DNA from: Myxococcota bacterium
GTDB taxonomy: Bacteria; Myxococcota_A; UBA9160; SZUA-336
DNA: 64,000 nucleotides
Assembly: GCA_965247115.1 (NCBI GenBank)
Contig: CBDFGR010000002.1
Span: 1,536,001 to 1,600,000 of the forward strand
Direction: 5' to 3'
Position numbers and translations under genes: made by a program. Position 1 is the first letter of the stretch, and every line of letters begins with the position of its first letter. Below the pieces are notes generated by a model. It saw only the letters and a list, made by a program, of their open reading frames with translations. It ran no database searches and had not been told where the DNA came from. Positions 58,097 through 64,000 of this stretch are shown in pieces.

Positions 58097-59403
58097 TGTC
58101 GACTCCCCAGGCGCTGCTGGACGTTGTTGGAACCCTCGGCCCGCCCGTGGGTGGTCGACTCACTGCTGTGCGTGGGGTCGTCGCCGAGGCGCACGGCCTC
58201 GAGCTTCCGATCGGCGGCCTGGCCGAGATCGAGACACCGCTGGGACTGACGGCGGCCGAGGTCGTCGGCTTCCGTGCGGAGTCCATCCAGCTCATGCCCC
58301 TTGGCCCCATGAGCGGCGCGGCCGTTGGAGCCCGGGTCTGGCCGCGCTCCCGCGAGGCGGGAGTCCCCGTGACGCAGCGCATGCTCGGTCGCGTGGTCGA
58401 CGCGGTCGGAGAGCCGATCGACCAGGGGCCGCCGCTCCTACCGGAGGCGTTCGCGCCGCTGTATCGCGAGCAGATCTCTCCGCTCGACCGACCTGTCATC
58501 GACACGCCGCTCGACGTGGGCGTACGCGCCGTGAACTGCACCGCGACGCTGGGGCGAGGCCAGCGGGTAGGTCTCTTCGCGGGCTCCGGAGTCGGCAAGA
58601 GCACGCTACTCGGGATGATCGTGCGCGGCACGAACGCCGACGTCCGCGTCGTGGGCCTGATCGGGGAGCGAGGCCGAGAGGTGCGCGAGTTCATCGAGCG
58701 CGAGATCGGCGTCGCGCGCGAGACCACTATCGTGGTCGCCGTTCCCGCAGATTGCTCTCCGCTGCTACGCACCCGAGGCGCCTACGTCACGACGGCCATT
58801 GCGGAGTGGTTCCGAGACCAGGGCGCGGACGTGCTGCTCTTGATGGACTCGATCACGCGCTTCGCCTTTGCCGCGCGCGAGATCGGTCTGGCGAGGGGCG
58901 AGCCCGCAACGACCAAGGGCTATACGCCCAGCGTGTTCGCCGAGCTGCCGAAGCTGCTCGAGCGAGCCGGGCGCACCAACAGTGGCAGCATCACTGGCAT
59001 CTACTCCGTGCTCGTGGAGGGCGGGGACATGGAGGATCCAATCGCGGATAGCCTCCGCGCGATCCTGGACGGCCACATCGTCCTCTCACGCGATCTTGCG
59101 GATCGCGGTCAGTTTCCCGCGATCGATGTCCTCAGCAGTGTGAGCCGCGCGATGCCGCTCGTCACCGACGACGTACACCGGGGGCACGCCACGCACCTGC
59201 GTCGCCTGCTCGCCGCGTACCGCGATGCGGAAGATCTGATTCAGGTCGGGGCCTACGCAGCGGGCAGCGATGCCAGCGTCGACGAGGCGATTCAGCGCAG
59301 GCCACTCATCCAGCAGCTGCTGCAGCAGGAGCGCGCAACGTCGGTGTCGCTGGCCAACTCCTGGAGCGAGCTCGAACGCGCACTGGTGGAGGAAGTCCAG
59401 TGA
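58096..59403 (+). CDS. fliI: Flagellar export ATPase FliI
   Basis: FAGSGVGKS, LIGERGREV, LLLMDSITRFA, DGHIVLSR. Confidence 0.96.
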   Translation: MSTPQALLDVVGTLGPPVGGRLTAVRGVVAEAHGLELPIGGLAEIETPLGLTAAEVVGFRAESIQLMPLGPMSGAAVGARVWPRSREAGVPVTQRMLGRVVDAVGEPIDQGPPLLPEAFAPLYREQISPLDRPVIDTPLDVGVRAVNCTATLGRGQRVGLFAGSGVGKSTLLGMIVRGTNADVRVVGLIGERGREVREFIEREIGVARETTIVVAVPADCSPLLRTRGAYVTTAIAEWFRDQGADVLLLMDSITRFAFAAREIGLARGEPATTKGYTPSVFAELPKLLERAGRTNSGSITGIYSVLVEGGDMEDPIADSLRAILDGHIVLSRDLADRGQFPAIDVLSSVSRAMPLVTDDVHRGHATHLRRLLAAYRDAEDLIQVGAYAAGSDASVDEAIQRRPLIQQLLQQERATSVSLANSWSELERALVEEVQ

Positions 59404-59837
59404 GGCGCTCCAAGCTCCACGTGATCCGGCGCCTCGCCAAGCTGGAGACGGACCGCGCGCTGCGCGGACTTGGTGAGACCCAGTCGAGCGTGCGACGAGT
59501 CCAGGGAGCCCTCGACGACGTCCATGCCTCGGCCCAGGAGTCGCGACGCGCCCGCGCACTGGACGCGGGTGAGCAGCTCGACGCGGCCGCGATCACGGCC
59601 GCGCATCGGCGCGAGCTGTGGCTCACGACGAGAGATGAGTCACTGAGCGGCGAGCTCGGGGTGGCGCAACTTGCCGCGGAGGCAGCCCGCGAAGGTGTCG
59701 CAGAGGCGAAATTGCGCGTGCGCGCCATCGAGAACGCGATCTCGCGCCGCGAGGAGCGTGCTCGCCAGGAGGCCCGGCGTGCCGAGAGCCGTCGCCTGGA
59801 CGAGCTCACGCGGGGCCGCCCGGGAGAGGAGCCATGA
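59400..59837 (+). CDS. fliJ: Flagellar export protein FliJ
   Basis: 145-aa coiled coil directly after fliI, C-terminal E...LDE. Confidence 0.75.
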   Translation: MRRSKLHVIRRLAKLETDRALRGLGETQSSVRRVQGALDDVHASAQESRRARALDAGEQLDAAAITAAHRRELWLTTRDESLSGELGVAQLAAEAAREGVAEAKLRVRAIENAISRREERARQEARRAESRRLDELTRGRPGEEP

Positions 59838-60277
59838 TCCCGCGGCCGCTCATCGCGTCGGCACTCCTCATCCTGCCGCTGCCCGTGGCTGCGGAGCCGG
59901 GCGACGTCCCGCGCGCCGTTGCGGACCCCAGTCTCGCGGTGCAGGCACTCGAGCTCGAGGCCCGCAAGGGCGCGCTCAAGCTGCTCGAAGAGGATCTCGA
60001 GCGCCGGCTCGTAGAACTCAGCGCCCTGAGCGCGGAGGTGTCCGCCGCACTCGCTCCCGGAGAGGAGAAATCAGACCACGACCTCAAGACCCTGATCTCG
60101 TTCTACCAGGCGATGAAACCGAAGAGCGCCGCGCAGCTGCTCGAGAAGCTCCCGGCACAGCTCGCCGCCAACGTCCTGGCAGCAATGAAGACACGCGAGG
60201 CCGGGAAGATCTTGAACGTGATGGCCGCGGACCGAGCTGTGCGGATCTCGCGGCTGATGGCGGGGGAGAAGCGATGA
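59834..60277 (+). CDS. MotE/MgtE-N-like flagellar protein
   Basis: Coiled coil then YQAMKPKSAA...LAAMK.REAGKIL..M. Confidence 0.8.
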   Translation: MIPRPLIASALLILPLPVAAEPGDVPRAVADPSLAVQALELEARKGALKLLEEDLERRLVELSALSAEVSAALAPGEEKSDHDLKTLISFYQAMKPKSAAQLLEKLPAQLAANVLAAMKTREAGKILNVMAADRAVRISRLMAGEKR

Positions 60278-61812
60278 GCGAAGCGCTACCGCTCTCGCGC
60301 CTGATGGAGGCAGTCGGCGGGCTCGACGGCACGGTCGAACGGGCCGGCATCGAAACTCCCGTACCGATCGAGGCGGAGTCTGCAAATTCCTTCCACGGCG
60401 CGCTCCGAACGGCAGACCTCCTACTCGGCGCGCAGCCGGCGGCGACCGCCGTCGAGAACCTCTTGATCGAGCTCGATCCGGAAGCGGCTCCCGCCGAGCT
60501 TCCGGCGCCGGGGGCGCCCAGGATGATGGGGTTCCTCGATGTGGGCGCGGCGCGCCTGGCGACTTCCCAGGAGCAACAGGAAGCCTCTGATCCGGAGCTG
60601 GGCTCCACAGAGGGCCGCTCCTCTTCGGGCTCGGCTGGCGAGCAGCCCGCGAGTATTCTCGAAGCACTCGCACAACGAGTCGCGCAAACGTCGCAGCTCG
60701 CGCAAACGTCGCAGCTCCCGCAGCTCGCGCAGACGACTACCGGACCTGGCTTGCAACCGTCCGTCCCGACAGACCCGGCGACGAGCGGGAACGCTGCTGG
60801 TGGACACGATGGTCCGAGCCCGTCTAGTGAAAGCGCCAGCGCACTCCAGGCGGCAGCCGGCCTGCCCGAGCAGGGCCACACTTCGGAGCGTAGTACAGGG
60901 CGCGTGGCGGACTTGCCTGAGCTGCGGGATCTGACGGAGCTACGGGAGCGCCCGGCCAGCAATCCTGCGGACGACGCCCGATTGTCGGACGCTGCTCAGC
61001 AGACAGCGGTTGCCGCAACGCGCGAGTCCTCTACGCCTGGAGAAGCCCGCTCCACGCCACCAGCCACTGCGCGCTTTGACGGGATCCCGCAACAGCAGGC
61101 GGCTCCGGAATCCGAGGCGCGCGCCGAGAGTGCGCCGCGCACGAGCGCCGGAGGTTCCCTTCCGTCTTTCGATTCCCTCTCCCAGGGAAGCGACGATCCG
61201 GGAAGGGAGACGTCTCGCCCGACCACGGCGGAGCTATCCGAGCTCGGCAGCCAGAACGGAGCGCGCATCAAACAGGACGCGAGCTCCTCATCGATCCCAC
61301 AGGCACAGCTGACGAGCGCGCCGCAGGCCCAGAGCGCTACCCAGGACACCGCTCCGACGCGCGAGCCTCGCGCCCTGCCCGAGCTGCCCGTCGAGAACGA
61401 GACGGAGATCATCCGCGAGGCGCGTCTGCTCACTCAGGCCGGAGGGGGTCAGGCGCGCATCCAGCTCCACCCGCCACAGCTCGGCGAGCTGAGCCTGCGC
61501 GTCGTCGTCACGGATCAGAGCGTTTTCGTGAGCTTCGTGGCAGAGCACGGGCAGATCGCTGACGTGCTGGCGCGCCACCTGCCAGAGCTGCGCCAAGCCT
61601 TGGAGGGCATGGGACTCCGGATGGAGAACCTCGAGCTAGAGGCGCGAACGGCCAGGGACGAGGCTGACAAGTTCGGCTCCCGCGGCTCGGCCGGCGACAG
61701 AGAGACGCGGGACGGGATGCGCCAGGGGCTCCCAGGAGCTCATACCGACGTGCTGCTGCCACTGCCGCGCGTATCGCCGAACAGCCTCGGCACCGTCGAC
61801 GTGACCATCTGA
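60274..61812 (+). CDS. fliK: Flagellar hook-length control protein FliK
   Basis: Long disordered N-terminus; ARIQLHPPQLGEL...LPELRQAL domain. Confidence 0.9.
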   Translation: MSEALPLSRLMEAVGGLDGTVERAGIETPVPIEAESANSFHGALRTADLLLGAQPAATAVENLLIELDPEAAPAELPAPGAPRMMGFLDVGAARLATSQEQQEASDPELGSTEGRSSSGSAGEQPASILEALAQRVAQTSQLAQTSQLPQLAQTTTGPGLQPSVPTDPATSGNAAGGHDGPSPSSESASALQAAAGLPEQGHTSERSTGRVADLPELRDLTELRERPASNPADDARLSDAAQQTAVAATRESSTPGEARSTPPATARFDGIPQQQAAPESEARAESAPRTSAGGSLPSFDSLSQGSDDPGRETSRPTTAELSELGSQNGARIKQDASSSSIPQAQLTSAPQAQSATQDTAPTREPRALPELPVENETEIIREARLLTQAGGGQARIQLHPPQLGELSLRVVVTDQSVFVSFVAEHGQIADVLARHLPELRQALEGMGLRMENLELEARTARDEADKFGSRGSAGDRETRDGMRQGLPGAHTDVLLPLPRVSPNSLGTVDVTI

Positions 61813-61829
61813 GTGGATAGGAGCGGAAG

Positions 61830-62639
61830 ATGGAAGAAGTAACAGCACTGACGCCCACCACCGATTCCTTCGAGAGCTCGACGACCACACTGGAACAGGC
61901 AGGGCTGGACCGAGATGCGTTCCTGCGCATCTTCCTCACGCAGCTCCAGTTCCAGGATCCGCTGAACCCGCAGGACTCGAGCGAGCTGAGCGCGCAGCTG
62001 GCGACCTTCAGTCAGCTGGAGCAGTCCATCGTTCAGGCCGACCAGCTGCGGGAGGTCAACGAACGACTCGAGTCGTTGATCGAGGCGACGAATCGCACAC
62101 AGGCCGGACCGACGCTCGACCCGGTCGCTCTGATCGGCAGGCAGATCGAGGTAGACGTCGACGAGCTGCTCGTTCCCGCAACGGGGGAGTCGATCCAGCT
62201 CGGCTTCGAGCTGAATCAGACCGACGCCGAGTTTCTGAGCTTCCTCGCCAGCGACGCATCCGGCAACCTCTTCGGGCTCGCGGCAAGCGGCGCCGGAGAG
62301 GGCGCGATCTACGCCCCGGGCCACTACACGCTGAGCTTCTCGAACGGGTCTCCACGCTTGCAGGCGCCGGGGCAGGATCCTGTCGAGCTCATCTTCTTTT
62401 CGCTGACGGAGCTGCCGAACGGAGAGCTCGCGGTGGACCCGGACGCGAATCCGCTCGTCTTCTCCACGGGCTCGACCTACGGCTTTCAGGTCGAAGCCAG
62501 CGGAGCGAACAATCAGCGCACCTCACTCGCCACCACCACGGCGGGGGTCGTGACGAGTGTGCGCGTCGTTGATGGCTTTCCCGTTCTGGTCGTTGGTGGC
62601 CAGGACATCGACCCAACCCAAATCCTTCGGATCCAGTAG
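61830..62639 (+). CDS. flgD: Flagellar hook capping protein FlgD
   Basis: DAFLRIFLTQLQFQDPLNP, QLATFSQLEQ. Confidence 0.93.
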   Translation: MEEVTALTPTTDSFESSTTTLEQAGLDRDAFLRIFLTQLQFQDPLNPQDSSELSAQLATFSQLEQSIVQADQLREVNERLESLIEATNRTQAGPTLDPVALIGRQIEVDVDELLVPATGESIQLGFELNQTDAEFLSFLASDASGNLFGLAASGAGEGAIYAPGHYTLSFSNGSPRLQAPGQDPVELIFFSLTELPNGELAVDPDANPLVFSTGSTYGFQVEASGANNQRTSLATTTAGVVTSVRVVDGFPVLVVGGQDIDPTQILRIQ

Positions 62640-62653
62640 AGGAGCATGCTGAC

Positions 62654-64000
62654 ATGGGAATTCTGACCAGTCTCTTTGCGGGTGTGTCGGGGATGAATGC
62701 TGCGGGGCAGCAGATCTCCATCATTGGTGACAACATCGCGAACGTAAACACTCCGGGCTTCAAGGCGTCCCGCGCCGAGTTCCAGGACGTGCTGGCGGGG
62801 AATCTCGCGGGATCGGGAAGCGCGGGCCAGATCGGCGCCGGTGCGCGGCTCGCGGGCGTGAACCAGAGCTTCACGCAGGGCTCGCTCGAGGCCACGGACG
62901 TGACGACGGACCTCGCGATCGATGGCGGCGGCTTCTTTGTCCTGCAGGACACCACGGGCATCTCCTACACGCGCGCGGGCCTGTTCCGGCTGGACAGCAC
63001 GCAGCAGCTGGTCAACGCCCAGGGCCAGTCGGTGCTCGGCTTTGGCATCTCACCCGGCGGGCTCCCGAACGGCGCACTCGGAGCGGTCGTCCTGTCGAAC
63101 ACGGCCTCTGTGCCCTCCGCCACGGCTGCGGTCGACGTGAACGTCAACATCGACCCGAACGACACGGCGATTCCTGCGGGGAACCCGTTCGACCACCTGG
63201 ATCCCATCAGTCACTCCAACTTCCAGACGGGGATCCGAGTCTTCGATTCGCTCGGCAATCCGCGAAACGTCACCATTCACTTCCGCAAGGATGACGCGGT
63301 GGCGAACCGCTGGGTCTGGTTCGCGGGCGTGAATCGCAGCGACCTGGACATGGCGGCGTACGGCGGTGCCTTCGCTCAGGGTCCTGCTGGCGCGCAGACA
63401 CAGTTCATCCCGGTCCAGAGCGGTACGCTCGACTTCGACAGTACCGGTGTGCTGAGCCTCGAGACTGCCGCCGCCCTGTCGATCCAGTTCGACCACGACG
63501 GGGACGGGGCTCTCGACGGTGCCGCAGAGCCGACGCCGCAGCTCTTTCGCTGGGCGGACGGTGCCAACACCGCCACCATCGGCTTCGACTTCGGCAACTC
63601 GCTCACGGAAGGCGGTACAGGGGCTGACCGGACGACGCAGTTCGGCGGCTCCACTGCTGCGGGCGTGAACAACTTCGTCCGCTTCATGGACCAGGACGGC
63701 TTCTCGGCCGGCTCGCTGCAGAGCGTGGCCATCGACGAGTCGGGCTTTGTGACCGGCTCCTTCTCGAATGGACAGGTGACGCGCCTCGCTCAAGTGGCGC
63801 TGGCCACCTTCCCGAGCGTGAACGGGCTCTCTCGCCTTGGCAAAAACAACTACACCGAGACCTCCGCCTCGGGAAACGTGATCGTCGGCTCGCCGAATCA
63901 GGCGGCCTTCGGCGCGATTCGATCCGGCTTCCTGGAGCAGTCGAACAGCGACCTGGCGGACCAGTTCGTCAAGCTGATCATCGCTCAGCGGGCCTTCCAG
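62654..64000 (+). CDS. flgE: Flagellar hook protein FlgE (truncated at window end)
   Basis: Manual translation MGILTSLFAGVSGM...GDNIANVNTPGFK, DLAIDGGGFF, YTRAG.F, LEQSNSDLA..QRAFQ. Confidence 0.95.
   Translation, partial: MGILTSLFAGVSGMNAAGQQISIIGDNIANVNTPGFKASRAEFQDVLAGNLAGSGSAGQIGAGARLAGVNQSFTQGSLEATDVTTDLAIDGGGFFVLQDTTGISYTRAGLFRLDSTQQLVNAQGQSVLGFGISPGGLPNGALGAVVLSNTASVPSATAAVDVNVNIDPNDTAIPAGNPFDHLDPISHSNFQTGIRVFDSLGNPRNVTIHFRKDDAVANRWVWFAGVNRSDLDMAAYGGAFAQGPAGAQTQFIPVQSGTLDFDSTGVLSLETAAALSIQFDHDGDGALDGAAEPTPQLFRWADGANTATIGFDFGNSLTEGGTGADRTTQFGGSTAAGVNNFVRFMDQDGFSAGSLQSVAIDESGFVTGSFSNGQVTRLAQVALATFPSVNGLSRLGKNNYTETSASGNVIVGSPNQAAFGAIRSGFLEQSNSDLADQFVKLIIAQRAFQ

Noticed and set aside
54884..59837. 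Non-flagellar type III secretion system
   Set aside because: Rod, hook, hook-cap and FliG genes in canonical order identify it as flagellar

Overview
High-GC bacterial chromosomal segment (roughly 68-70% GC by eye). Gene content suggests a deltaproteobacterial-type, Myxococcota-like organism (inference): several sigma-54 activators, a PilZ protein, a Hanks kinase and the flagellar gene order. It is mostly core and metabolic genes: valS, ligA, rpsP-rimM-trmD-rplS, rsmI, yraN, dciA, tsaC, purD, alr, thiSGE, three tandem HtrA proteases, PiT, nhaA, mpg, hemE, an acyl-CoA dehydrogenase pair, ilvD and a DAHP synthase. It ends in a sigma-54-driven flagellar operon (flgBC-fliEFGHIJ-motE-fliK-flgD-flgE, truncated at the window edge). 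No rRNA, tRNA, CRISPR, prophage or transposase was recognised. The most striking feature is a ~90-bp three-hairpin REP-like repeat family (about 15 copies at 11 loci) with compensatory stem changes. It has entered coding sequence in frame: a 3.25 x 90-bp array inside purD, and copies at both ends of a pre-flagellar helical-repeat gene. Other points of note: a composite REP-REP-tail element seen twice, a second palindrome family, strand-skewed flanks next to the repeats, a widespread leaderless-mRNA signature, a neuroligin-like pseudo-esterase, a cytochrome-c'-like protein lacking CxxCH, and two remnants of LLM-oxidoreductase genes.
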